The translations under genes and the position numbers were made by a program. The notes below the pieces were generated by a model that did not search any database, was not told where the DNA came from, and saw nothing but the letters and a program-made list of their open reading frames with translations. A stretch of 64,000 bases of DNA from a virus: positions 96,001 to 160,000 of the IMG/VR virus record IMGVR_UViG_3300027906_000002; one strand, given 5' to 3'. Below, piece after piece: positions 49,146 through 58,832 of this stretch; the first letter of the stretch is position 1; each line of letters begins with the position of its first letter.

Positions 49146-49427
49146 ATGGCATTAAGAAAAGGAGATCGGTTGCCTAAGCAACCAAAGAAAAAACCTATCA
49201 CAGAATGGGATGATTCTAACTGGAGACAGGAAGCAAAGGGTTACACCACCAACACTCTCCATCTAGAGTTGCTTGAGAATGGACCTAAGAGTCTATCTCA
49301 ATCATGGATAATGAATGCTTTAAAGCAAAAGTGGATGAAGATGAAAGGGTATGCTCATCCAGAACCACCTGATGTATCATCATCGATGAAAGAATTTTTT
49401 GCAAAAACTAAAGATCAAGGTATATGA
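49146..49427 (+). CDS. Conserved cyanophage hypothetical protein
   Basis: GGGAGG RBS upstream; W..E.......LELLENGPKSLSQSW.M. Confidence 0.7.
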   Translation: MALRKGDRLPKQPKKKPITEWDDSNWRQEAKGYTTNTLHLELLENGPKSLSQSWIMNALKQKWMKMKGYAHPEPPDVSSSMKEFFAKTKDQGI

Positions 49428-49705
49428 TATTCTGGATTGGTTTCACCCTCATGTTTTTCAATGAGGGTTTTGTTATGATGAGACATGTATCACCGTGGTT
49501 CTCAAAGCAAAGAGATAAGTTTATTGATAAGTATGGTGCTAATGTATGGTACAGATTTCACGGTACATTAGATTATACTTGGATAGGACTTGTGACAATT
49601 GGATTGATAGTTAATCCTAATAAGTTATTACACATAGCAGCATTAGTAGCATTTTGGACTACTTCATTTTTAATATTCTATGCACCAAGGTGGATTAAAA
49701 GATAA
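49424..49705 (+). CDS. Hypothetical membrane protein
   Basis: Hydrophobic; ATGA overlap. Confidence 0.65.
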   Translation: MIFWIGFTLMFFNEGFVMMRHVSPWFSKQRDKFIDKYGANVWYRFHGTLDYTWIGLVTIGLIVNPNKLLHIAALVAFWTTSFLIFYAPRWIKR

Positions 49706-50133
49706 TGAATTTAGAAAATCTTCAGGAGATGTGGAAGACTGATAGTATCATAGATACTGAGAAGTATGGTGAAGAATCAGTAAGGATACCTCAACTCCAT
49801 ATGAGATATATGGAGTTTTTTAATACCTTCTCTCTAATGAAAAAAGATAGAGAGTCTGAAATGAGAATGATGGTTAGAGATAAATGGGTATTTTATAAAG
49901 GGAAAGCACCAGCAAGTGTATACAAAGAAGTACCGTTTGATTTAAAACTTACTACAAACGATGAGATTAAAATGTTTATTGCTGCTGATGATGAGGTCAG
50001 AAAGCTACAACTGAAGATCGACTATATAGAACAAACGATCTTCTTTCTTGATGGTGTGTTACGTCAAATTAATGGCCGTAACTACCAAATTAAAAATGCT
50101 ATTGAGTGGGAGAGATTTCAAAGTGGAATGTAA
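49705..50133 (+). CDS. uvsY: Recombination mediator UvsY
   Basis: ESVRIPQLH..Y, YKGKAP, ADDEV..L..KIDY, RNYQIKNAIEW.RFQSG; adjacent to uvsW. Confidence 0.9.
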   Translation: MNLENLQEMWKTDSIIDTEKYGEESVRIPQLHMRYMEFFNTFSLMKKDRESEMRMMVRDKWVFYKGKAPASVYKEVPFDLKLTTNDEIKMFIAADDEVRKLQLKIDYIEQTIFFLDGVLRQINGRNYQIKNAIEWERFQSGM

Positions 50134-50136
50134 ATC

Positions 50137-51609
50137 ATGGCAGATCTCGTTATTCAGAAGAAGAACGAAGTTTATTTAAAGATACAAGCAGAGCCTCATC
50201 TCCACAAAGAGGCAGCAGAATATTTTACATTTGAAATACCTTCTGCAAAATACATGCAGAAGACAAGAAGATATAAAGGTTGGGACGGTAAAGTAAGATT
50301 ATACTCACCTGCTACTGGAGAGATCTATTGCGGTTTAATAAATTATCTAACTGACTGGGCAAAGGAAAAGGGATATCATTATGAGTATTTGGAATCTCAA
50401 CACTTTGGTCATCCCAAGGATCAGAATGATCTAATAACTCCTGAGTCTGTAGTTGGATTTGTAAAAGCTTTACGTCTTCCTGTAAAGGTTCGGGACTACC
50501 AGTACGCAGCAATATACGAGTCCCTACGATACAACAGAGCACTCCTATTGTCGCCAACTGCAAGCGGGAAAAGCCTAATGATTTATTCATTGGTTCGATT
50601 TCATGTGAATGTTAAAAGGAATGTACTTATTATAGTACCAACTACCTCTCTTGTCGAACAAATGTATAAAGACTTTAAAGAGTATGGTTGGAATGTTAAA
50701 GATCATTGCCATAGAATTTATGGTGGTAAAGAAAAGTATACAGACCATGATGTAGTTATATCAACTTGGCAATCAATTTATAAGGAACCACGTAAATGGT
50801 TTGAAAGGTTTGATGTTGTGATTGGTGATGAGGCTCATTTATTTAAAGCTAAATCGCTTACTGCAATTATGAATAAGTTGCATAGTTGTAAATATCGTAT
50901 TGGATTTACTGGTACTTTAGATGGTACTGAATGTAATCAGTTAGTGTTGGAAGGTGTGTTTGGTAAATGTTCTAAGATTACTAGGACATCTGATCTAATG
51001 AAGAAGGGGTATGTTGCTAAGTTAAAGGTGGAGGTTATTGTATTAAAACATGATGAACAAATCTTTGAAGGGTATCAAGATGAAATGGAATATCTTTGTG
51101 AGCATGAACAACGTAATCATTTTATCCGTAACCTAGTATGTGATCTTAAGGGAAACACATTGGTACTATTCAACTACGTGGAGAAGCACGGGCTACCTTT
51201 GTATGAGATGATAAATAGTCATACCGACAGACCAGTACATTTAGTTTATGGTGGAGTGGATGTCGATGACCGAGAACAAATTCGTAAATTAGTAGAACAT
51301 GAAAACAACTCAATTATTGTTGCCTCTTATGGCACTTTCAGTACTGGGATTAACATTAGGCGGTTGCACAACCTCGTCTTCGCCAGTCCCTCCAAGTCCA
51401 GAGTCCGTAATCTCCAATCAATTGGAAGGGTTCTCAGGAATTCCAGAGACAAAGTAGAAGCAACTTTATATGATATAGCTGACGATATTAGTAGAGATAA
51501 TGGGAAGAACTATACTCTTCTCCATCTCTTTGAAAGATTGAAAATATATAAAGAAGAAAATTTTAATTATGAAATTGTAGAGATTAAACTCAAACCTCAT
51601 GGCAATTAA
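50137..51609 (+). CDS. uvsW: UvsW RNA-DNA/DNA-DNA helicase
   Basis: RDYQ, SPTASGKS, STWQSI, GDEAH, GFTGTL, TFSTGINI, QSIGRVLR. Confidence 0.95.
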   Translation: MADLVIQKKNEVYLKIQAEPHLHKEAAEYFTFEIPSAKYMQKTRRYKGWDGKVRLYSPATGEIYCGLINYLTDWAKEKGYHYEYLESQHFGHPKDQNDLITPESVVGFVKALRLPVKVRDYQYAAIYESLRYNRALLLSPTASGKSLMIYSLVRFHVNVKRNVLIIVPTTSLVEQMYKDFKEYGWNVKDHCHRIYGGKEKYTDHDVVISTWQSIYKEPRKWFERFDVVIGDEAHLFKAKSLTAIMNKLHSCKYRIGFTGTLDGTECNQLVLEGVFGKCSKITRTSDLMKKGYVAKLKVEVIVLKHDEQIFEGYQDEMEYLCEHEQRNHFIRNLVCDLKGNTLVLFNYVEKHGLPLYEMINSHTDRPVHLVYGGVDVDDREQIRKLVEHENNSIIVASYGTFSTGINIRRLHNLVFASPSKSRVRNLQSIGRVLRNSRDKVEATLYDIADDISRDNGKNYTLLHLFERLKIYKEENFNYEIVEIKLKPHGN

Positions 51610-52036
51610 TTACGCTAGACATGAAGAAGAATTTCATGGAGTTTTCAAACTCGTCAGTGGAGAGGAAGTGCTTGCCAAGGCTGTATTAACAAATGAAAAT
51701 GAAGAGACTCTATGTTTTCTTCAAGACCCTGTATGTATACAAGTGGTCAATCAGGATATGGGTAAAGGGAAAATGATGAGAGGTATGGGATTTCACAAGT
51801 GGATGCAATTATCTGATGAAGACTTTTTTATAGTTAGAGAAAAGGATGTGTTAAGTGTTGCCTCTATGTCTAAAGAAGTTATGTTTATGTATGAAGGATT
51901 TTTAGCGAACGAGGAAGCACCACATAAAACAGCCGAGCGTACGGCTCGTAGAGAAACAGAATTAAAAAAGACTCAAGGATACATAGGATCCATTAAACAA
52001 GCTAGACAAATATTTGAAAAACTATATTACTCATAG
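51599..52036 (+). CDS. Conserved T4-like cyanophage protein (Sm-like fold likely)
   Basis: FHGVFKLVSGEEVLAK...W...SDEDFF; conserved position between uvsW and gp55. Confidence 0.7.
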   Translation: MAINYARHEEEFHGVFKLVSGEEVLAKAVLTNENEETLCFLQDPVCIQVVNQDMGKGKMMRGMGFHKWMQLSDEDFFIVREKDVLSVASMSKEVMFMYEGFLANEEAPHKTAERTARRETELKKTQGYIGSIKQARQIFEKLYYS

Positions 52037-52062
52037 TATATCCCTGAACCCTTAACATGGTT

Positions 52063-52091
52063 AGTCTATATAAATTTGACAACTTTGTCAA
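52063..52091 (-). promoter_or_regulatory. Putative antisense sigma70 promoter overlapping the gp55 promoter
   Basis: On the minus strand: TTGACA (52091-52086), 17 nt, TAGACT (52068-52063). Confidence 0.5.
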
Positions 52092-52104
52092 GCTCTATTA
52101 TAAT
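52076..52104 (+). promoter_or_regulatory. Perfect sigma70 promoter upstream of gp55
   Basis: TTGACA (52076-52081), 17-nt spacer, TATAAT (52099-52104). Confidence 0.9.
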
Positions 52105-52126
52105 GTAATCATAATCGAACACCGAT

Positions 52127-52597
52127 ATGAAAAGAGTTGCTAAGAAGAAAGAACACTATGTTAATAATGCAGACTTCCTAGCTGCCATTGTTAAGTATAA
52201 GGATAAGGTTGAGATTGCTGAGAAGCAAGGTCTGCCTAAACCTCGTGTCAATAATTATATTGGGGGATGCTTTTTAAAGATAGCAACACACCTATCTTAT
52301 AGACCAAACTTTATCAACTACATGTATAAAGATGATATGGTTTGTGATGGCATAGAAAATTGTATACAGTACATAGATAATTTTGATCCAGCAAAGAGTA
52401 AAAATCCATTTGCATATTTTACACAGATAGTGTATTATGCGTTCCTACGTCGTATTGCTAAAGAGAAACGCCAGATGGACATCAAAGATAAAATTTTAGA
52501 GAAGTCTGGATACGAGCATGTATTCTCAACTGATGGTGATACTAGTGCTGATTATGGTGGCATAAAGAATCGTGTTGAAATGAATCAGAAGAGATGA
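52127..52597 (+). CDS. gp55: Late-transcription sigma factor gp55
   Basis: HYVNNADFL.A, YIGGCFLKIATHLSYRPNFINY.YKDDM..DGIENC.QY..NFDP.KS.NPFAYFTQI. Confidence 0.97.
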   Translation: MKRVAKKKEHYVNNADFLAAIVKYKDKVEIAEKQGLPKPRVNNYIGGCFLKIATHLSYRPNFINYMYKDDMVCDGIENCIQYIDNFDPAKSKNPFAYFTQIVYYAFLRRIAKEKRQMDIKDKILEKSGYEHVFSTDGDTSADYGGIKNRVEMNQKR

Positions 52598-53625
52598 AGA
52601 TCTTACTGATAACAGATCAACACTTCGGTGTCCGTAATGACAATCTTCATTTTGTTGAGCACTATAGAAAGTTCTATAGTAAAATTGTAATACCCTTTCT
52701 TAAAGCATCGGGTATTAAAGAGATTATAAATTTAGGTGATACGTTTGATAGACGTAAGTATGTTAACTTTATGTCTCTTGAAGCAGCGAAGGAGATGTGG
52801 TTTGATCCTGTTAAAGAATTAGGATGTAAGATGACTGCCTTGGTTGGTAATCATGACATATATTATAAGAACACATTAAGGATTAACTCACCAGATGAGT
52901 TGTTAGGAGGATATGATATAGATGTTATCACTGAACCCAGTACCCGTAATTTTGACGGTACTGACATTCTATTACTTCCTTGGATATGTGATGAGAACTA
53001 CGACAGAACCTTACGAAGCATCGCAGAAAGTACTGCACCTGTCTGTATGGGCCATCTTGAGCTTAACGGCTTTGAAGCTCATCCAGGTCATGTCATGAAT
53101 ACTGGTATTGATATGACTATGTTTAAACAGTTTGAGAAGGTATTCTCAGGACACTATCACACTAAATCTAATAGGGATAATTGTTATTATCTCGGTAACC
53201 CATATCAATTATATTGGAATGACTACGGACAAAAAAGAGGGTTCCATGTCTTTGATACAGAGACTCTACGAACTACTTTCTATAGAAATCCCTTTGACAC
53301 TTTTCATAAGTTGTATTATAATGGTGGAGTTACTATCCCGCCTGAAGAAGAAATTAAAGGAACCTTCGTCAAACTCATAGTAGAGGACAAGGGTGATTAT
53401 GCTAAGTTTGATTATGTAGTGAGGCAACTCCAAGATATTGGTTTAGCCGATCTTAAGATTGTAGAAGATTTGAGTGTTGATTTAGAAAGGGGTGATTCGG
53501 TTGTAGAGACTGAGGACACCATGACATTACTAGACAACTACGTCGATGAAATTGATCTTAAGGTTAATCGAAATAATGTTAAAAACATTATGAGATCATT
53601 GTACTTAGAAGCTTCTGAACTTTAA
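52594..53625 (+). CDS. gp47: Recombination endonuclease subunit gp47 (Mre11-like)
   Basis: LITDQHFG.RND, LGDTFDRRK, VGNHD, GHLEL.GF, FSGHYH. Confidence 0.95.
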   Translation: MKILLITDQHFGVRNDNLHFVEHYRKFYSKIVIPFLKASGIKEIINLGDTFDRRKYVNFMSLEAAKEMWFDPVKELGCKMTALVGNHDIYYKNTLRINSPDELLGGYDIDVITEPSTRNFDGTDILLLPWICDENYDRTLRSIAESTAPVCMGHLELNGFEAHPGHVMNTGIDMTMFKQFEKVFSGHYHTKSNRDNCYYLGNPYQLYWNDYGQKRGFHVFDTETLRTTFYRNPFDTFHKLYYNGGVTIPPEEEIKGTFVKLIVEDKGDYAKFDYVVRQLQDIGLADLKIVEDLSVDLERGDSVVETEDTMTLLDNYVDEIDLKVNRNNVKNIMRSLYLEASEL

Positions 53626-53885
53626 TGTTTATTTTAACTGAGAAAGATACTGGTGGCGTATACGCTCTTCCAAATAATGATAACGTTAAAACCGTTCATA
53701 TGTTTGAGCAAGAGGATGACGCTGTAAGATATCTTGAACAGTTACAAGCTATCGATTACAAAAGAACACTAGAATTAATGGAAATAGATGTTGATGCTGT
53801 TGCCATTAATTGTGATAAATTTGGATATGCTTATTCAATAGTCACTAAAAATGATTTAATTTTACCTCCAACTAAATCGGAATGA
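53625..53885 (+). CDS. DUF3110-like hypothetical protein
   Basis: FEQEDDAVRY...L; C...GY.Y..VT..DL.LPP; TAATG coupling. Confidence 0.65.
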   Translation: MFILTEKDTGGVYALPNNDNVKTVHMFEQEDDAVRYLEQLQAIDYKRTLELMEIDVDAVAINCDKFGYAYSIVTKNDLILPPTKSE

Positions 53886-55597
53886 TTACATTTGAAAGTA
53901 TTAAGTGGAAGAATTTTCTTTCCACTGGTGATCAATGGACTGAAATACAACTTAATGACATTCCTTCCACTTTAATTGTTGGGACTAATGGTGCTGGAAA
54001 GAGTACCATGTTAGATGCTTTATGTTTTGGCCTTTTCAATAAACCATTTAGAAAAATTAATCGAGGGCAATTAGTTAACAGTATAAATGAAAAGGGTTTA
54101 AAAGTTGAAGTATGTTTTTCTATTGGTAAAGATGAATACAGAGTTTTCCGAGGTGCGAAACCAAACCTATTTGAGGTTTATAAAAATAACAAGATGGTTG
54201 ACCAAGACGCTGCTGCCAAAGACACGCAGAAGTATCTGGAACAATCAGTCCTTAAACTCAACTACAAAAGTTTTACCCAAGTTGTCATACTTGGTTCATC
54301 CACATTTGTACCCTTCATGCAATTGGGAGCAAGTGTCAGGAGAGAAGTTATCGAAGATCTACTCGATATCCAGATCTTCTCACACATGAATACTCTGTTA
54401 AAAGACAGAGTTAGAAGTCAAATTTCAAAAAATAGAGACACTATTTATTTAAAAGAAATTGCAGAAGAGAGAGTTTTATCTCAGGAAAGATTAATTAATT
54501 CTTTAAAAGAAGTTAATACAAATAGGAAGGATGAAAAGAAAGAGAAATATGAACTAAATGAAACTAAAATAAAAGAAAAAAGTAAACAAAAAAAATCAAA
54601 GCAACGGAAGTTAAAGAAATTAGAAGACGGTTGTCAGGGGATTGAAACACAGCGTACGTTATTACAGGGGTTGCGTGATAAACAAACTGAAAACAAAACT
54701 GAATTAAAGAGACTTACTAAAGAGATTACCTTTCTTGAGACTAATGATGAGTGTCCTACATGTACTCAGGTTATTAGTGATGAGTTTAAAGGAGTTAGGA
54801 TGTCATCGTTAACTAATAGTGGATCTATATTAACTAAAGATGCTGAAGGTTTAACAAAAAATATTGATGAGGCTGTAGATATTATTAATAAGATAGAAAA
54901 AATATGTGAGGAAATGTATAATGTTAGAAGTGAAGTGTCATCTTTAGAGAGGGATGTAGTTAGATTAGAAAAGGAAAATTTGAATATAGATAAAGAATTA
55001 GAGAATTTAACTAGTCCTAAGATTGATGAAGAGAGTGAGGAATTAGACAAATTAACTGAACAACTTAACTTAATAGAAAATGATTGTGCAAACTCTAGTC
55101 AGACATTGGATGAGTATAATATTATTGGAAAGTTACTGAAAGATTCTGGTATTAAGAAGCAGATCATAAAGAAATATATTCCTATATTTAATGGACTCAT
55201 CAATAAATATCTTCATACAATGGATTTCTTTGTTAACTTCACTCTCGACGAGGAGTTTAATGAAGTAATTAAAAGTAGATTTAGAGATGAGTTTAGTTAC
55301 GCTTCTTTCTCCGAAGGTGAGAAACAGAAGATTGACTTGGCTCTTCTTTTTACATGGAGAGAAGTTGCACGTATGAAAAACTCTGCTGCAACTAATCTTC
55401 TCATACTTGATGAAGTATTTGATAGTTCCTTAGATGCTTCTGCTACTAGTGAATTACTTTCTATACTTTTGAAGTTGGGAGGAGGAACTAATCTATTTGT
55501 TATATCACATAAGGGTGATATACTTATGGACAAATTTAAGAGATGTCTTAGATTTGAAAAGGTCAATGATTTTTCAAAACTATTAGAGGAGGAATGA
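53882..55597 (+). CDS. gp46: Recombination ATPase subunit gp46 (Rad50-like)
   Basis: WKNFLSTG, GTNGAGKST, zinc-hook CPTC, FSEGEKQKIDLAL, LILDEVFDSSLD, ISH. Confidence 0.95.
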   Translation: MITFESIKWKNFLSTGDQWTEIQLNDIPSTLIVGTNGAGKSTMLDALCFGLFNKPFRKINRGQLVNSINEKGLKVEVCFSIGKDEYRVFRGAKPNLFEVYKNNKMVDQDAAAKDTQKYLEQSVLKLNYKSFTQVVILGSSTFVPFMQLGASVRREVIEDLLDIQIFSHMNTLLKDRVRSQISKNRDTIYLKEIAEERVLSQERLINSLKEVNTNRKDEKKEKYELNETKIKEKSKQKKSKQRKLKKLEDGCQGIETQRTLLQGLRDKQTENKTELKRLTKEITFLETNDECPTCTQVISDEFKGVRMSSLTNSGSILTKDAEGLTKNIDEAVDIINKIEKICEEMYNVRSEVSSLERDVVRLEKENLNIDKELENLTSPKIDEESEELDKLTEQLNLIENDCANSSQTLDEYNIIGKLLKDSGIKKQIIKKYIPIFNGLINKYLHTMDFFVNFTLDEEFNEVIKSRFRDEFSYASFSEGEKQKIDLALLFTWREVARMKNSAATNLLILDEVFDSSLDASATSELLSILLKLGGGTNLFVISHKGDILMDKFKRCLRFEKVNDFSKLLEEE

Positions 55598-56160
55598 AGA
55601 AACTATTAACTGCAGTAATTGCAGCATCGATGTTACTACCTACTGGGGTACTAGCATCATCTATTAGACCAGGCTCGAATGTAAAACGACCAGCACCTAA
55701 AGGACCAACTTGCCTTGTGCTAGTAGATGATGGTGAATTTGTGGAAGAGAAGTGGAAGAAATGTGAGGTAGTAATAGATGAGACAGGTGTAACACATCCA
55801 ATAGGTAAGATAATAAACGTAGTACAATGGAGTACCGAAGAAGAAAAATTTGAAGTGGGAGGAGCAATCGTTGGTGGTGTTGCTGGCACAGGTGTAGGAT
55901 TTGCTGCTGGATTGGGTAGTTGTGCTTTTCTAGGACCATTCTGTTTGATTGCAGCACCAGCAATAATGCAAACTGGTACAATGGCAGGAGCAGGTGCTGG
56001 TGGTAAACGTTTTGGAAAGTTCTTTACTGTCATTGGTGATGATATTGATGGTAGAAGATTGATTCAAGAGTTTCGACACCCCTCAAAGAAATTAACTAAG
56101 ATTACAGAGAGGCAACTACTAGATACAACTAAATTAGCAGAGGGTGAAACAAGAAAATGA
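55594..56160 (+). CDS. Exported/membrane hypothetical protein with a glycine-zipper segment
   Basis: Signal-like MKKLLTAVIAASMLLPTGVLA; GGAIVGGVAGTGVGFAAGLG...AGAGAGG. Confidence 0.6.
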   Translation: MKKLLTAVIAASMLLPTGVLASSIRPGSNVKRPAPKGPTCLVLVDDGEFVEEKWKKCEVVIDETGVTHPIGKIINVVQWSTEEEKFEVGGAIVGGVAGTGVGFAAGLGSCAFLGPFCLIAAPAIMQTGTMAGAGAGGKRFGKFFTVIGDDIDGRRLIQEFRHPSKKLTKITERQLLDTTKLAEGETRK

Positions 56161-56477
56161 GATTTAAAGCAACTGTTAATGTGAAGCTCAGAGGATCTGT
56201 ATCAGATGCTGCTGGTAATGCTGTTATGAATAACACTAAGCGAGTGGCTCCTAGTCTTAAATCAAACTTGTTAAGGATTGGTAAGGTTATTGATTATTGG
56301 TTTGAAGCACCAGATAAGGAGACAGCAGAAAAAGAATTGCATACTCTCACTGATTTATTTTTGGCTAATACTGTGGTAGAAGATTGGGAATATGAATTCC
56401 ATGAAACCGAAGAGACTGGCATTGGAAATATATCAAATGATAATGCTGGTACATCTAAGCACAGTTTATTTGAGTGA
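56157..56477 (+). CDS. purS: FGAM synthase PurS subunit with a C-terminal extension
   Basis: F.A.V.V.L...V.DAAG.AV, LRIGK.I, FLANTVVEDWEY. Confidence 0.8.
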   Translation: MRFKATVNVKLRGSVSDAAGNAVMNNTKRVAPSLKSNLLRIGKVIDYWFEAPDKETAEKELHTLTDLFLANTVVEDWEYEFHETEETGIGNISNDNAGTSKHSLFE

Positions 56478-56734
56478 CTAAACTATGGAGGATTTGGAAG
56501 TATGCATTGGGTAGTTTTTCTGACGAAAAAACTGAACCCTACGACAACTACGTTGTTCTGGTACGTTCTATTATTTTCGTTTCTTATCTCGTTACTAATT
56601 GTTTTATTACTGCAGGGGTCATAAGACACTGGGGTGACAGTAAACAAACTGTCACACTGTCACATCACACACCCAAAGAGTTTGCTATACTAGATGCATA
56701 CGAGAGGGATTATGACAATCAACGCAGAAGTTAA
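56474..56734 (+). CDS. Small conserved phage membrane protein
   Basis: GTGA overlap; LWRIWKYALGSFSD......DN.V...R..I...YL.TN.FI.AGV.RHW. Confidence 0.6.
   Translation: MTKLWRIWKYALGSFSDEKTEPYDNYVVLVRSIIFVSYLVTNCFITAGVIRHWGDSKQTVTLSHHTPKEFAILDAYERDYDNQRRS
56634..56691 (+). promoter_or_regulatory. Early promoter with upstream palindrome GTGACA-N10-TGTCAC and extended -10 TGcTATACT
   Basis: Palindrome at 56634-56655, -10 at 56686-56691, ATG at 56712. Confidence 0.65.
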
Positions 56735-58832
56735 AGGGATCCTTGCAAAGCTCCTAGCAACAGAGAATCTCACAGTAGAGCATCGTCAAGTACAGACGGC
56801 TTCATTCGATGTGAATAATCGTGTTCTTACCTTACCTATATGGAAGGATGCTTCTGGTACGATCTACGATCTTCTAGTTGGACATGAGGTTGGTCATGCT
56901 TTATATACTCCCAATATACCTGTTGATGCTCCCAAGGGATTTGTTAACGTTATAGAAGATGCTCGTATTGAGCGTATGATGAAGCATACATATCCTGGTC
57001 TTAAGAAGTCATTCTTTGAAGGGTATAGAGAACTATGGCATAAGGATTTCTTTGGTGTTGCAGATGAGGAGATATCAGAACTAGCATTCATTGATCGTAT
57101 CAATCTATTCTTCAAAGGTAATAATGAAATAGAATTTACTGAAGAAGAGGGAGACTGGGTTCATCGTGTAGCAACTACAAAGACATTTGAAGATGTTCTA
57201 GAACTCTCTAGAGAATTGTATGAGTGGGCAGAAAGTAAAGAACAAGATAAAAAACCAGATCTACCTGAACAGATTAATATTGATTGGAATAATCCTGTTG
57301 CTGGTAATGAGATAGAGCAAGAGATTGATTCTGAAAATAAAGAAGATGGACAAGGTGAAGGTGAAGATCAAAGACCTAACAATCAAAAGTCAATTGAAGA
57401 TAGACTTGATGAATTGGAAGATGCTATGTATGAGGATGATATAACTGGTGGTACTGAAGCTTCTCCTGATGAGACTGAGTGTGTTACAGATAAAGCATTG
57501 CAAGAATCATTAGAAACTTTAGTGGATGATGATGCTAGAGAGTGGGTTTATTTAAACCTTCCTAAGATAGATCTTAATAAAACAATTGTTGGACATAAGA
57601 AAATCCAAGAAGATCTTCACTTTGGTTTATATGGACAAGCTTGTAGGGATAAGCAGTTCCATGATTACTATTATGATAGTCTTAATTATGCTGAGAAGCA
57701 CTATGAATCATATAAAAAAGAAGCACAACGTAGTGTTAATTATCTTTTAAAACAGTTTGAGATGAAGAAGTCTGCTGCTGAGTATAAGAGAGCAGCAACA
57801 TCTAAGACTGGTGTTATTGATACACAGTCTTTATACAAGTACAAGATAAGTGATGATATCTTTAGAAGGATTACAGTAGTTCCAGAAGGTAAGAATCATG
57901 GATTAGTATTCTACCTTGATTGGTCTGGGTCTATGAATCATGTATTGTTAGATACTCTTAAGCAGACTTACAATTTAGTATGGTTCTGTAGGAAAGCACA
58001 AATACCATTTAGAGTATATGGATTCCAAAATGGATGGGACAATCATTCATCTCATCCTGCTATAAAGGAAGAAGCAAATGTTTTAGGATTCTGTAGTGGA
58101 TTTAAACTTCTAGAATTCTTTTCATCACAGCAGAATAAGAAGTCACTAGAGAGATCAATGCAGTATGTATACATGCAAGCATTTGCTATGAACAATCATA
58201 GGATAGGATATGTTCAAGAGTACGGTCTTGGTGGTACTCCTCTTGGTGAGGCAGTCTTATGTTCAAGACAAATAGTAGAGCAAATCAGAAGGGTTGAGAG
58301 AGTTGATAAGGTTAATGTAGTTTGTTTAACTGATGGTGAATCCAATCCATTAACTGCTGTATTAGAATGTGATTATAATGGATTGAGTACAAGGCAATTA
58401 CGTCCTTCAAAAGTTTATGTACTAAGAGATCCTAGAACTGGATACACTCGTGAATTAAAATCAAGTCCATACTTAACAACGAAAGAGATTGTTAGTTTCT
58501 TTAAAGAGATTACTGATTTCAATTGGATAGGTATGCGTATCTGCTCTAAGAATGAACTTAAGAGAAGTCTTCGCATTCTAGATTATGAAGAGTCTGATAG
58601 AATGGAGAAGCAATGGACTAAACAAAAGTTTGCATCTTCTCTACTTTTAGGTTATACTGAAGCATTCTTCATACCTTATCAAGGCATGGGTGAAGGCACT
58701 CAAGACCTTGAAGTTAAACAGAAGGGTGAAGAAGCAACCAGAGCAGAACTAACACGTGCATTTAAAAAGCACATGGGTTCTAAGATGACAAACAAAACTA
58801 TCTTAAACAAATTTGTGGAGCAAATAGCATGA
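56712..58832 (+). CDS. CobT-like protein: N-terminal HExxH metallopeptidase-like domain, acidic linker, vWA domain
   Basis: Start MTINAEVKG; HEVGH; N..EDARIE; MIDAS DWSGSM...GGTPL...TDGE. Confidence 0.82.
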   Translation: MTINAEVKGILAKLLATENLTVEHRQVQTASFDVNNRVLTLPIWKDASGTIYDLLVGHEVGHALYTPNIPVDAPKGFVNVIEDARIERMMKHTYPGLKKSFFEGYRELWHKDFFGVADEEISELAFIDRINLFFKGNNEIEFTEEEGDWVHRVATTKTFEDVLELSRELYEWAESKEQDKKPDLPEQINIDWNNPVAGNEIEQEIDSENKEDGQGEGEDQRPNNQKSIEDRLDELEDAMYEDDITGGTEASPDETECVTDKALQESLETLVDDDAREWVYLNLPKIDLNKTIVGHKKIQEDLHFGLYGQACRDKQFHDYYYDSLNYAEKHYESYKKEAQRSVNYLLKQFEMKKSAAEYKRAATSKTGVIDTQSLYKYKISDDIFRRITVVPEGKNHGLVFYLDWSGSMNHVLLDTLKQTYNLVWFCRKAQIPFRVYGFQNGWDNHSSHPAIKEEANVLGFCSGFKLLEFFSSQQNKKSLERSMQYVYMQAFAMNNHRIGYVQEYGLGGTPLGEAVLCSRQIVEQIRRVERVDKVNVVCLTDGESNPLTAVLECDYNGLSTRQLRPSKVYVLRDPRTGYTRELKSSPYLTTKEIVSFFKEITDFNWIGMRICSKNELKRSLRILDYEESDRMEKQWTKQKFASSLLLGYTEAFFIPYQGMGEGTQDLEVKQKGEEATRAELTRAFKKHMGSKMTNKTILNKFVEQIA

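Noticed and set aside
36191-55597. Introns, inteins or homing endonucleases in gp17, gp20, gp23, uvsW, gp46
   Set aside because: All are uninterrupted, of normal length, and show no HNH, GIY-YIG, LAGLIDADG or intein motifs.
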